In this document: one piece after another, positions 1 through 10,468 of the stretch
Numbering within the stretch: position 1 is the first letter of the stretch
Layout: each line of letters starts with the position of its first letter
Assembly: GCA_054600435.1 (NCBI GenBank)
Contig: BAAIJX010000011.1
Span: 372,001-436,000 of the forward strand
Length of the DNA stretch: 64,000 nt
Source: Neophaeotheca triangularis
Taxonomy: Eukaryota
Reading direction: 5' to 3'
Notes under the pieces: generated by a model
What the model was told of the DNA's origin: nothing
Database searches by the model: none
What the model saw: only the letters and a program-made list of their open reading frames with translations
Made by a program: the position numbers and the translations under genes

Positions 1-62
1 AGTTTAGCTCACTTCCTGCAGTCTCGGCCAACAGACGAACCTCCGACGTATCGAAACACCGC

Positions 63-1076
63 CTACTCCTTGCCCTGCACGCTGTCACTGCCTAAACCTT
101 GCCTCTTCAAGCGATCCCCTTTCACCTTGGCCGCCTGTAAATTCCTCTGCGCCTTCTCGTCCAACCCCATAGCGCTCTCCTTGTTTCGCTTAGCCCTCTC
201 ATCAATCTTCCCCACCTCATGCTTCCCACCCGGCAACACGCCCTGCGGCAACTTCTGTCCCTTCTCACCCCTAATAGCCCCCTTGCCAGGCAAAGCGGGG
301 TTTCCCGTATTCCTGAATTTACCCGCCGTGCGCTGCGTCCAAGTCGCCTCCCCAATGCCCTCCCCGACTCCCGCACCGGGATCCAAACCCATAGCCCTCA
401 GTCCCTGAATCGCTTCCGCATCCCCCTTCGCGGCCCTCAGCCTCAAACCCCTCCTCTCAAGCTTCGCAAACCGCTTCGCCTTGTACGCTTCCAACCGCTC
501 ATCGGGCGTCTGCAACGGCGGCCTCTGATCGACAGGTTTCCCAAAAGGCGCAACGATCCCGGCAACGATGTAATCCACCGCCGAGCTAACTTTCAGCCGA
601 TGCAACTCCACCGTGTCCCCCTCGACCAAGCTCTCGTTCGGGTCATGCACAAGGTAATCCTTATGGTCGGCAAAGTACTTCTGCACACGTGGTTCGTAGC
701 GTTGCGAGGGGATGCGCACTTTGACCGTCTTGGCCATGCGGCCGACGGAGGTGACGACGCCGATGACTTTTCTGCTCGCTTTGGCTTGGGATTGGGCTTT
801 TTGGCGTAGGGTCGCCTCGTGGGGGGGCAGGGGGGTCGTGGTGTGTTTGAGAAGTTGGAGGGGGATGTTGTGCGGGAGCTCGCGCTCGATAAGCGGTTTG
901 TGGTCGTTTTGGGAGTGCCAGGTTGGGGTGCCGAAGTTGGGGGCGGGGGGGTCAGGGGTGCTGTCGGTGATGGAGGGGGAGGTTTGCGTTGCCAGGCAGC
1001 GTTTGCAGGTCCATTGTGCTGCTTGAGATTGGGCGGTCAAGGTCCGGAGAGGGAGGGTGAGAGCTCGCCGAGACAT
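63..1076 (-). CDS. MRPS17: Mitochondrial ribosomal protein uS17m
   Basis: Intronless ORF from ATG 1076 (MSRRALTLPLRTL, presequence-like). Contains the S17 motif KVIGVVTSVGRMAKTVKV...YLVHDPNESLVEGDTVEL followed by a fungal C-terminal extension. Confidence 0.88.
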   Translation of the reverse strand: MSRRALTLPLRTLTAQSQAAQWTCKRCLATQTSPSITDSTPDPPAPNFGTPTWHSQNDHKPLIERELPHNIPLQLLKHTTTPLPPHEATLRQKAQSQAKASRKVIGVVTSVGRMAKTVKVRIPSQRYEPRVQKYFADHKDYLVHDPNESLVEGDTVELHRLKVSSAVDYIVAGIVAPFGKPVDQRPPLQTPDERLEAYKAKRFAKLERRGLRLRAAKGDAEAIQGLRAMGLDPGAGVGEGIGEATWTQRTAGKFRNTGNPALPGKGAIRGEKGQKLPQGVLPGGKHEVGKIDERAKRNKESAMGLDEKAQRNLQAAKVKGDRLKRQGLGSDSVQGKE

Positions 1077-1761
1077 TTTGGTCGTGGTTGGGCGGCAGGG
1101 AGTGCGAATTGAGGTTGAGAGATGCCTTTGCGAGCCCGCGATGATTTGAGCTCGTCGCCAGACGCTGTACAACGTTCGGAGGTGGTCGAGTCTCGCCGCA
1201 AATTCCTTGGCATGTCTGACACCCAAACACTAAACCTACCTTTACCAACCATGAAGGTACCTTAGTAGTCACGACTGTCCGTGTGGTTTGCGCAGGACGA
1301 TATTGTGCTCACACCAATGGGAGTGACCTCTATGAGAGTGTTATGGGAAAGGAGGCAAACAACTGTAGAATACAGTGTGTGCCGTAGACATGACATGCGA
1401 ATAAGTATCGAGCGTACTGTAATCTCGTCGGTCAAAAGTTGAACCTGAGCAGATTCGATGACTTTCACAGTTCGAGCTGGGAGCAGAGAAATTGTTTGGA
1501 GGGCTATCAATACGAGGCCATTTTCACAGCCACAGAGTAGAGCATCCATAGTGCGACTAGCCATGTAGCTCTCATCAACGCCGCCCGCATCGCCCCAAGC
1601 GCCATCGCCGAATGCACCGTTCGTTCGCTCGTGTTCATGGAAAGAAAACGCCATTGTCCTCACTCTCTCGATCTCTTCATGACAAGCCCATCGTCGTCGT
1701 CATCATCGTCACCTCGAACACTCTGCCTACGGGTGTCACATATGTTAGCAAAGCCCCTCGC

Positions 1762-3657
1762 TCAGGGGATCGTACTGCCCCTTTGCGAAGACTCGACGTC
1801 AAAAGGATCGTACCCCTCGGGCTCCTCTGTAACACCATTGGCCCCATCCGTACCATCCGTGCCGTTAGTGGCCTTGACAGGACTCTCCAAACCGACGTCG
1901 CGCGCTAGCGTCGCCTGGTTGGTGACAGAAGCCGTGCCGACTGGATCCATGAGCGTCTGCCTGCGCACCTTGAGCTTCTTCTCCGCCTGCTCGGAGATGC
2001 GCGTGAGCTCGCTAACGAAGGACTCACCCCACCAGGCGGAGGTGTACTTGTTGACGTATCTGGCGAGTTTGTGGTAGTTGGCTGCGCGCTGCTCTTCGCC
2101 CATGGTGACCGAGTCGTGGATGGCATCGGCGAGCTCCTCCGTGTTCCAAGGATTGACGACGATGGAGCCATTGAGAGATTGCGCGGCGCCTGCAAACTCG
2201 GACAGAATCATGGAGCCGTGACGTTCGGCTTGGCAGGCAATGTATTCGTAGGAGACCAAGTTCATGCCGTCGCGGGTGGAAGAGACGAGGCAGACGTCAC
2301 TGACAGCGTAAAGGGCGATGAGCTCGTCGAAGGAGACGGACTTGTGCAAGAAGTGAATGGGCTGGAACTCGACGGTGCCGAACTTGCCGTTGATACGGCC
2401 CACAAGCTCGTTAACGACGGCGCGAAGGTTTTGGTACTCTTCGACGTCCTGGCGGGATGGCACAGCAACTTGGACCAGCACGACCTTGCCAATCCACTCA
2501 GGGTGCTCGGTGAGGAAGACTTCGAGAGCGTGGAGCTTTTGCGGGACACCCTTGATGTAATCGAGACGGTCGACGCCTACGATGATCTTGACGCCCTCAA
2601 ACTTCTTCTCGAGCGTCTCGATGCGACGTTTGACATTGGCCTTTTGTAGACCAGAAGAGAACTTCTCTGGGTCGATGCCGATGGGGAACGCGCCGACAGT
2701 AATCAACTTGCCCTGGTACTCTACGCCGTTGGGAGTCGTGGCAAGACCCAGAATGCGTGCACAGGATGAGAGGAAGTGTCTGGCGTAGTCATATGTGTGG
2801 AAGCCGAGAAGGTCGCAGTGGAGGACGCCCTCGAGGATCTCGTTGCGGACGGGAAGGATGCGGTAGATCTCCGAAGAAGGAAAGGGAGTGTGAAGGAAGA
2901 AGCCGAACTTGACATTGTTGCGCCTGTTGGGTCCCTTCTCCAACTCCTTGCGAAGCATGGCAGGAAGAAGCATGAGGTGGTAGTCGTGCACCCAGACCAG
3001 GTCGTTATCCTGCACATCCTTGGCGATTTCCTTTGCGAACAGCTCGTTGGCCTGGTAGTAAGCCTCCCACGCCGACTCATCGAAAGTGATTTCACCCGGG
3101 TGGTAGTGGAAGAGAGGCCACAGAATTGAGTTGGAGAAGCCGTTGTAGTGTCTATCCGCCAGCTCATCGTCCATAAAGATAGGCACAGCACCGTATTCCT
3201 TAAAGAGCCTCTCCTTGACGTGCTTCACCTCATCCTCTGGGACCTGAACACCCGGCCAGCCGTACCATTGAAACTCCGTGCTCTTGCTAAGACCCGACAG
3301 ACCTGAAACCAGGCCACCGGAAGACATGGAGAAATCGTAGTGGCCATCCTCGGAGCGCTTGATGGTGATGGGGAGACGGTTCGAGACTAGCAGGAGACGG
3401 CCTTTGGTACCGTCATCGGAGCCTGCACCGACGGACATGGTTGGTGTAACGACGGGGGTGTTGGTGGTGGTGCTGAGGCTGTCTGTCGGGCTTGGTGTTA
3501 GCGAGGCATTGGAGGAAGCGCGCAAGCGTGGTGCAATGTCTGGGTGGTCGGCGTGGCCATGAACTCCTTGGTCGCGGATAAGACTCTCGACGTAGGCCTC
3601 CTGCTGTTGCCTGGCGGCATGTTGGAGAGCAATGAGCTCTTCGTTTGGCGCAGACAT
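1762..3657 (-). CDS. TPS1: Alpha,alpha-trehalose-phosphate synthase (GT20)
   Basis: Motifs LLLVSNRLP, SSGGLVSGL, WVHDYHLMLLP, GFFLHTPFPSSE, VGVDRLDYIKG and RDGMNLVSYEY. A likely alternative start at ATG 3438 is discussed under findings. Confidence 0.96.
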   Translation of the reverse strand: MSAPNEELIALQHAARQQQEAYVESLIRDQGVHGHADHPDIAPRLRASSNASLTPSPTDSLSTTTNTPVVTPTMSVGAGSDDGTKGRLLLVSNRLPITIKRSEDGHYDFSMSSGGLVSGLSGLSKSTEFQWYGWPGVQVPEDEVKHVKERLFKEYGAVPIFMDDELADRHYNGFSNSILWPLFHYHPGEITFDESAWEAYYQANELFAKEIAKDVQDNDLVWVHDYHLMLLPAMLRKELEKGPNRRNNVKFGFFLHTPFPSSEIYRILPVRNEILEGVLHCDLLGFHTYDYARHFLSSCARILGLATTPNGVEYQGKLITVGAFPIGIDPEKFSSGLQKANVKRRIETLEKKFEGVKIIVGVDRLDYIKGVPQKLHALEVFLTEHPEWIGKVVLVQVAVPSRQDVEEYQNLRAVVNELVGRINGKFGTVEFQPIHFLHKSVSFDELIALYAVSDVCLVSSTRDGMNLVSYEYIACQAERHGSMILSEFAGAAQSLNGSIVVNPWNTEELADAIHDSVTMGEEQRAANYHKLARYVNKYTSAWWGESFVSELTRISEQAEKKLKVRRQTLMDPVGTASVTNQATLARDVGLESPVKATNGTDGTDGANGVTEEPEGYDPFDVESSQRGSTIP

Positions 3658-4591
3658 TGCTGTTGGCTTACCAGACGTGGAGGTGTTGTGTCGTTGGTAG
3701 GGAATTGGTAGGGACGTAGTAGGTCAAAGAGGGTAAACTTACACAAAGGTAGAGAGGAATCGGGTTTATGTGCGGTCGCGAGTGAAGAAGAAGCGAGGTG
3801 AGTTTGAGAGGCGTGGCTTCCCGATTCTTGTGTAAAGTGCTCGACGGGGAAGTTGCGCCTTCCTTCGCAAGCTTGAGGTTATTCGCTTTAATTCCACCTC
3901 ACTCGATCTTGCTAAGGGGAAATTGAGACTTGGGGTGAGATCAAGGGAGAAGTGTAGTCCAGGCACAGGTTTGCACTCTTCACTAGCGAAATCATGGAAT
4001 GTTCGAGGGCTTGCAAACGAACAGCTTCCCAGGTATATGGAAAAACAGAGCCCTGCTGCTCGGATGTAACAATGAGGTCACTGTTGAGGCGGCGAGTGAT
4101 GGTGATGCCAGCCTCACGGAGTTATAGAAACGATTGGAGCGAGTGGGATTGATCACAGCCAACGAGATTGGTGTAGCAGTATTGGTAGAGGAAGGTGTTA
4201 CAAGAAGCAAGATGGCTGTCCAGACGTTCTAGAGCACATGCTTCGAGAGGAGTGAAGTGCATGTCATGGTTTTGCGCCATCGGCAGACCTCCCCTTATCA
4301 TTTCATAACAGCAGTACCTAGGTACCTACCTAGCCAAGCTAGCCAGCTTGATTACTGTCGGCAGCCACATGGTAACACATGGCAGACCACCGGCAATCGC
4401 GGGCAGGGCAGCTTTCGGAGGTGAGTACCGACTCCGCTGTCAAGCCTGCCCCTCTCGGGCTTGCCTGGAGCAGAGTTGCGCGCTTCGCGAGACGCGTCTA
4501 AACCTCCGAGCTGCCCTCTGGATGTGATGGTGATCGTTGACATCGTTCCGAACTTGCACTACGAGGACTCCGACAGACAGACAACAATAAC

Positions 4592-5824
4592 ATGTCGGAC
4601 TCGGAACTCTCGAGTGCGCCAGCACACCCTGCTGACTCAACTATTGAACAATGTCTGCGGCAAATTGTACGGGCAGCGGTCAAAGCCGAGGACGAACTCT
4701 CCGTAACGCAAGCGAGAACGCGCGCCGAAACGGAACTCGGTCTCGATGCAGGCTACCTCAAGGGCGATCCGAAATGGAAGGACAAGAGCAAAGACATCAT
4801 CCACACTGCTTTCAACGACCCTTCCACACCTGTCAAGGCAAAGAAGACTGCACCCGCCGCCAAAGCTGGTACGAAGCGTAAATCTGACAATGCTCCTCCC
4901 ACCAAAGGGAAGAGGAGAAAGAAGTCGCCTGTCGTGGAGTCAGATGATGATGACGATGACGGCGATTTGGAATCATCGGTAGAGGAGAAGCCTGCTCCCA
5001 AGACGAAATCAAGGGGTAAAACGGGCCAAAAGGCGGCTGCCGTGGACTCGGAAGAGGAAGATGGCGATTTCGAATCAGAGGCTGAGAAAAAGCCGGCTCG
5101 AAAAGCTCGCGCTAAACCCGCCAAAGCGCCTGCACGCGGACGCAAGACCGTAGATGAGAATGAGGACGAGGACGAGGAGGAAGCTTCACAGTCAAAGCCA
5201 AAGCCATCTGCCAAAGAAGAAGACGAGAGTGAGCTCTCGGCGCCTCCAAAAAGCGCGTCGCCCGAACCTCCCAAAGCACAACCAGAGGACGACGATAGCG
5301 ACATGTCAGTACTAATCGACGACCCTCCACCGGCGAAGAAGAAGCGCGGAAAAAAGTCCACGTCCCCACCAGCAGGCAAAGCCAAGACCACTAAAACCGC
5401 AAAGACCACCAAGGCGACCTCGGCCAAATCACAAGGCAAAGCACTTAACCCAGACGACGAGGAAGTCAAACGTCTTCAAAGCTGGCTGGTCAAGTGTGGC
5501 ATCCGCAAGCTCTGGCACAAGGAGCTGGCCAATTGTTCGACACCCAAGGAGAAAATCAAGCATCTGAAAAAGATGCTCGAAGACGCAGGCATGACAGGCA
5601 GATTCAGTGCGGAAAAGGCGAAGCAGATTAAGGAGGCTAGAGAGCTCGCGCAGGAGATTGAAGAAGCTAAGAGGTTCAATGCTCAGTATGGCGATCGCAA
5701 GGGCCGCAAGGGGAGCGGCGGGAGCGAGGAAGAAGAGGATGCCGAGGAGGAGAAACCGAAGAGAAGGTTGGTGCCGAAAGGGTTGGTCGACTTTGGTGAT
5801 AGCGGGGATGACGGGAGCGATTGA
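4592..5824 (+). CDS. HIRIP3-like acidic/basic nuclear chromatin protein
   Basis: 410-aa intronless ORF with an N-terminal helical DEK-C-like segment and a long K/E/D-rich disordered region. The C-terminal block CGIRKLWHKEL...LEDAGMTGRFSAEKAKQIKEARELA resembles the HIRA-interacting protein 3 family. Confidence 0.7.
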   Translation: MSDSELSSAPAHPADSTIEQCLRQIVRAAVKAEDELSVTQARTRAETELGLDAGYLKGDPKWKDKSKDIIHTAFNDPSTPVKAKKTAPAAKAGTKRKSDNAPPTKGKRRKKSPVVESDDDDDDGDLESSVEEKPAPKTKSRGKTGQKAAAVDSEEEDGDFESEAEKKPARKARAKPAKAPARGRKTVDENEDEDEEEASQSKPKPSAKEEDESELSAPPKSASPEPPKAQPEDDDSDMSVLIDDPPPAKKKRGKKSTSPPAGKAKTTKTAKTTKATSAKSQGKALNPDDEEVKRLQSWLVKCGIRKLWHKELANCSTPKEKIKHLKKMLEDAGMTGRFSAEKAKQIKEARELAQEIEEAKRFNAQYGDRKGRKGSGGSEEEEDAEEEKPKRRLVPKGLVDFGDSGDDGSD

Positions 5825-6666
5825 CGAGGTGCTGGGATTACGACCGTCTGTTCGATCGAAACCTTCGCAAGAGGAGAGACGCTGGCTGCTGCGAGCGAAC
5901 GTCCTGCTGGCGTGATTTGATACTGGAACGACTGACGAGATCAAACGCTAAGTAATATAACATTTGTCCTCGCTGAGTACGTCAATAAATTCCCCCTCTG
6001 TGTGGCCTATGAAGACTGAGACTAACCAGGTTTGTCAAGACAATCGAGATAGCAGATCCACTCATCATCCTGCCATGCTCTCAGATCAGCCCCCTCCTGC
6101 TCTGGATCTATCGTCGTCGCATTGATGCTTAATATTAGTGCCTAGGTATATAACAAAAGCCACCTGCAGCATTGCAATTTGCAACTGGGTACTTCCAGTT
6201 TCTCCTCTCCAATACCAAGGACTGGGCAAGCCTGCTTGTTGGATCTAGCAAACCGGCACGCGATAGATAGCGAAGTGTGGCGTCTTCTGTGAATTTTTGA
6301 TTGTTCGAATAGTTATTGCAGTACTACATATACGTGAACGATTACCATGCACTTTCGATGATTCGTTAACCGGACAGATCCGTGAGTTATTCCCCAATAA
6401 CGTGTAATGTGATTAAAAGTCCATGTACCTTAGGTACCTTATTAGATGTCGGGTGGCCGAGACTCGCTAGTGCTGTCGCGGACCTGCGGTAGCTCACAGG
6501 TCTGCCGAGACTTCACATACGAGGAGCTCGGCACGTCACGATCTCTCTCTCCGGCTCCCAACCGCATTTCTCCTTTCACAATCTCCACAGTTATAATCGC
6601 TGAACTCAACTTCGCCGTTGAGCTTCAGCTGTCACTACCTTTGCGACTTCGCCTTGCCTCGACGCA

Positions 6667-9498
6667 ATGGCAGCTTCTCACGAACAAATCAATCAAGTCT
6701 CTGGACCCGACTCCATGAGCAAGCCGCCACAAGCTGGAGGCTCCAGCATGGACGCCGGTGGCCCCTCTTCAGGTAGACCGCCAATGAACAGTAGAAACCC
6801 GTCCACGGTTCCGGACGGCCAGGGAGGAGGGGGCGCGAAGAAAAAGCGCCACCGCGGCGGCAAAAAGCGTCGCAATCGTCGCCAGAGCTTCCTCGCACCC
6901 TCAGAGGCCACTGACACGGCCAACGAAGAGCCTCAGCAAAGACCTACGCTGCAGAATATCGCGCGACCGTCGGCGCAGGAGGCTAGCTTTTACCGCTTGC
7001 AGAGTGGTGCTGGGAGTAATACAAGTCTGGACAGTGAGGCCTTGCTCGATCATAGGGATCAAGGGCCGAGGCAGCGATCGAGGAGACAGAGTCTTCAGGG
7101 CAGTTTTGCTCGCGCCAGTCTGCCATTCAATCGCCAACAGGGACGGGGAAGCCAGACTTCTGGGCAGGCCGGGGGATTGCGCTCGCGGATGGTCGGCAGA
7201 CAGAGCGCTGTCGCTGAAGAGGACGACGAAGATACCACTGATCGGACGCCATTGCTGTCAGCTTCGCGACCAAACACTGGATCTCGACAGGGCTCATCGA
7301 CCACGCAAGGCGGGTATGGGGGAATGTTCCGCCGTCGTGGCTCGGTGGCTTCAGGTTCTTCTTCGAAAAAGAAGGGAATGAACAGTCATCGCCATGCAGA
7401 CATTGATGAGGAGGAGTTTGATGTGAATAACCCGCCTTCTGTGCCTGGCTCGCCTAAGCTCGGATCTCTTGACGACATGATGATCAATGAGATGTCGAGC
7501 TCCGGTCCTGGCAAAAACCGCGACGCCGTGATTAACATTGATGGCGGTGACGAAGCGGACGAGCATCTTCTGTCCAGCTCTTCGGAGAGCTTGAAACGGA
7601 GGGCTACCGTTGCCGACTTGGCCGAGCGAGACGTTTGTTTCCCTGTTGATGCTGGGTTGTCTGAGATTGGTGAGGAAGATGATCATCACTCCACTGCTGG
7701 GTCGAGTGGACGAAAGTCTAGACGGCGCGGCAGAAGGCAGTGGCCTGATCTTGAGATGCTTCAAGAGTGGAGTCGCGAGGAGAAGGAAGAGAGGACGCAA
7801 GAACAGATTCGTGCGAAGAAGATCTCTGAGCCCGTCCTTGTTGGCGGTCGCTTGAGATCTCGCAAGCCCATTTGGCATCGCGAGGAAGATGACATGCCAT
7901 TCCGCTTTACCTACTTCAACGAGATGCTCGAGGAGACGATCCATGCTAGGGCGATTTCCGACCTTTGCCAGGATGGCACAACTTTTAAAGATCTATTCCT
8001 ACCGGATCCTTTGGAGTACAGTGACGACGACACCGAGGACGATGAGTTTGGGGAAGAGTCCGCCATGCATTGTCATCCTACTTCGCACTCGATGAACGGC
8101 AGGGTCATGGGTGGCCATCAGTCTAAGAAGCAGTCTGTCCCGAGCGAGCGCGGTGACCCAGATACCAGCAAATCAGGTACAGGCTCGAACACACCTTCTG
8201 GTCCACAAGAACGAGGACAGTCCCGGAAGCGCGCATCTAAGAGATACGGCCCCCGTCCTACGTTTTGGCTCGACGTTCTCAAACCCACAGAGATGGAGAT
8301 GAAGGTGCTCGCCAAAGCATTCGGTATCCACCAGCTTACGACTGAAGACATTCTCATGGAAGAGCCTCGCGAAAAAGTCGAGCTCTTCCAAAACTACTAC
8401 TTCATCAACTACCGCTCCTTTGAGCAAGACAAAGACGATGAAGACTACATGGAACCCATCAACTTTTACGGTGTCGTTTTCCGTGACGGCGTCATCACCT
8501 TTCACCACGCCATGACGCCCCATCCAGCGAACGTCCGCCGCCGTATCCGCCAACTCAACGACTACATGTCCCCAACAGCCGACTGGATCAGTTACGCCAT
8601 CATCGACGACATTACCGACGTCTTTGCACCGCTGGTCCAGCAGATCGAATCCGAAGTCGACGAAATCGACGACGACATCTTATACCTGCACACGCATAGC
8701 GGTGACGAAAAGAAGAACTTGGAGGAAAAGCACCGCAACTCCGACGGTAAGAAGTCGAATTTCGAGAAAATGTCTGGTCATCCCAACAATTCCGAGCGTG
8801 GTCAAGCCTACAACAGCAACAACAATGGCAACAACACCGCCAACTCCAACTCCAACTGCAACGGCGGTCGTGAGATCCAAACTCAGGGCGACATGGGCGC
8901 GGAAAAAGCTAAGGGCGAAAAAACCGCGGGCGAAACAGGAGGCGATATGCTGCGTCGCGTCGGCGAGTGCCGGAAAAAAGTCATGGGACTATACCGCTTG
9001 CTCGGTAACAAAGCAGACGTGATTAAAGGTTTCGCCAAACGTTGCAACGAGCACTGGGAAGTCGCACCCCGCAGTGAAATTGGCCTGTACCTGGGAGACA
9101 TCCAAGACCACATCGTGACCATGACGGGGAACCTGAGTCACTACGAGAAGTACGTCACCCCCCTTTGTTTGCCACAAACTGCGTCAAATGTCAAGCTAAC
9201 ACACTCTGTCCTCCGTCGCAGCCTCCTCAGCAGAGCCCACTCCAACTACCTCGCGCAAATCAACATTCGCATGAACGAGCGTGCCGAGCAAACGTCGGAC
9301 GTGCTGGGCAAACTGACCGTTCTTGGCACGATTGTGCTGCCTATGAACATCATCACGGGAATGTGGGGAATGAACGTCTGGGTCCCGTGGCAAGGGGATG
9401 AGGGCAATTTGACGTGGTTTTGGCTAATTACTGGCGGTTTGGCGCTTTTTGGTGTCGTGAGCTTTTTTATTGCTAAGAGAGTTTATGGGATTGTTTAG
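6667..9498 (+). CDS. ALR1: CorA-family Mg2+ transporter, Alr1-like
   Basis: Motifs FWLDV, FGIHQLTTEDI, YLGDIQDH and the GMWGMNV signature, followed by two TM helices. One in-frame intron at 9150-9221 (GTACGT...GCTAAC...GCAG). Confidence 0.92.
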   Translation: MAASHEQINQVSGPDSMSKPPQAGGSSMDAGGPSSGRPPMNSRNPSTVPDGQGGGGAKKKRHRGGKKRRNRRQSFLAPSEATDTANEEPQQRPTLQNIARPSAQEASFYRLQSGAGSNTSLDSEALLDHRDQGPRQRSRRQSLQGSFARASLPFNRQQGRGSQTSGQAGGLRSRMVGRQSAVAEEDDEDTTDRTPLLSASRPNTGSRQGSSTTQGGYGGMFRRRGSVASGSSSKKKGMNSHRHADIDEEEFDVNNPPSVPGSPKLGSLDDMMINEMSSSGPGKNRDAVINIDGGDEADEHLLSSSSESLKRRATVADLAERDVCFPVDAGLSEIGEEDDHHSTAGSSGRKSRRRGRRQWPDLEMLQEWSREEKEERTQEQIRAKKISEPVLVGGRLRSRKPIWHREEDDMPFRFTYFNEMLEETIHARAISDLCQDGTTFKDLFLPDPLEYSDDDTEDDEFGEESAMHCHPTSHSMNGRVMGGHQSKKQSVPSERGDPDTSKSGTGSNTPSGPQERGQSRKRASKRYGPRPTFWLDVLKPTEMEMKVLAKAFGIHQLTTEDILMEEPREKVELFQNYYFINYRSFEQDKDDEDYMEPINFYGVVFRDGVITFHHAMTPHPANVRRRIRQLNDYMSPTADWISYAIIDDITDVFAPLVQQIESEVDEIDDDILYLHTHSGDEKKNLEEKHRNSDGKKSNFEKMSGHPNNSERGQAYNSNNNGNNTANSNSNCNGGREIQTQGDMGAEKAKGEKTAGETGGDMLRRVGECRKKVMGLYRLLGNKADVIKGFAKRCNEHWEVAPRSEIGLYLGDIQDHIVTMTGNLSHYEKYVTPLCLPQTASNVKLTHSVLRRSLLSRAHSNYLAQINIRMNERAEQTSDVLGKLTVLGTIVLPMNIITGMWGMNVWVPWQGDEGNLTWFWLITGGLALFGVVSFFIAKRVYGIV

Positions 9499-10207
9499 AG
9501 GGGGTTGAAATGGGGGATACGCTAGATGGGTTTTAGGGCGTGGGCTACTGGGTAACGGTGCATTTCTGGTGTCGGTGGCGAGCTCTTATCCTGTGGCCGT
9601 GGTATTTGTCTGTACACTAGGGATGAAGGAGTTTGACTGGTCAGATTCCTCGTTGCATCAAAACTAAAAGGGGCCATATAGCAAAAAACGTGGAACAGGA
9701 CGCATTGCCCATTTACTACCAATCGACCCATCTCTCGTTTAGGACGCTGTTCTCAGCTACCTCAATGTTTCTACGGTGCTTGCTATCAGCATAGGAAAAC
9801 AGCAAGTAAGTTTCCCCCTCACCAGCAATCTGCTCTGCGCCGTATATTAACGTGGCTTGCCCACAGGTGAGTAAATGACCTCTCATTCCAGTCTGCGGCC
9901 AGAAAGTATCGACACCCCCAGTGATAGACAGCATTGTCTATACCACAGTCACTGGAAGTTATACTGCTTGACCTCCATGCACGCGCGGCGGACCTGGTAG
10001 TCGTGGCTCGATACGTAGGATGCGTAGTCTCGCCGTCAATGTTCTGCGAGGTCGACTATACCCCTTGCCTGCTCCGGTATACTTCTGGATTCTTTCAACC
10101 CACTCTCCCTACCACACTACCACCATCGATTCATCCGACCTCGTCAACCAAGTCGTATCAACCACTTTATCAATCTTTCCACTCACAATCGACTCACGCC
10201 CCCAGCC

Positions 10208-10468
10208 ATGTCTGATCATACCACTTTCTACCCGATCGACATCTCCTTCAACGGGGACGATGACTTCGGCCCATCCATCACTCTCAACTTCCTTAGACTG
10301 GGCGACCTGAAAGCCGTCTACTACTCCGCTTCCCCCGAAACGCAGGACGGTGACCCAGAGTGGACACAAGACGACGCCGACGCAGACACGGCCTACGAAG
10401 AAGACTCGGACGACACCGACGACGACGATTCAGACGACGACGAAGAGGACGAGAAGAAGTCCAAGTAG
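10208..10468 (+). CDS. Small acidic hypothetical protein (86 aa)
   Basis: ATG in good context (GCCATGT), strong C-ending codon bias, D/E-rich tail ending KKSK. No family recognised. Confidence 0.5.
   Translation: MSDHTTFYPIDISFNGDDDFGPSITLNFLRLGDLKAVYYSASPETQDGDPEWTQDDADADTAYEEDSDDTDDDDSDDDEEDEKKSK

Noticed and set aside
1077..1226. Upstream non-ATG extension of MRPS17 in the ORF track (similar extensions on MRM2, HYM1, IST1, PPM1 and the CIR-N gene)
   Set aside because: The ORF caller used alternative or poor-context starts. The recognisable N-termini begin at the downstream ATGs.
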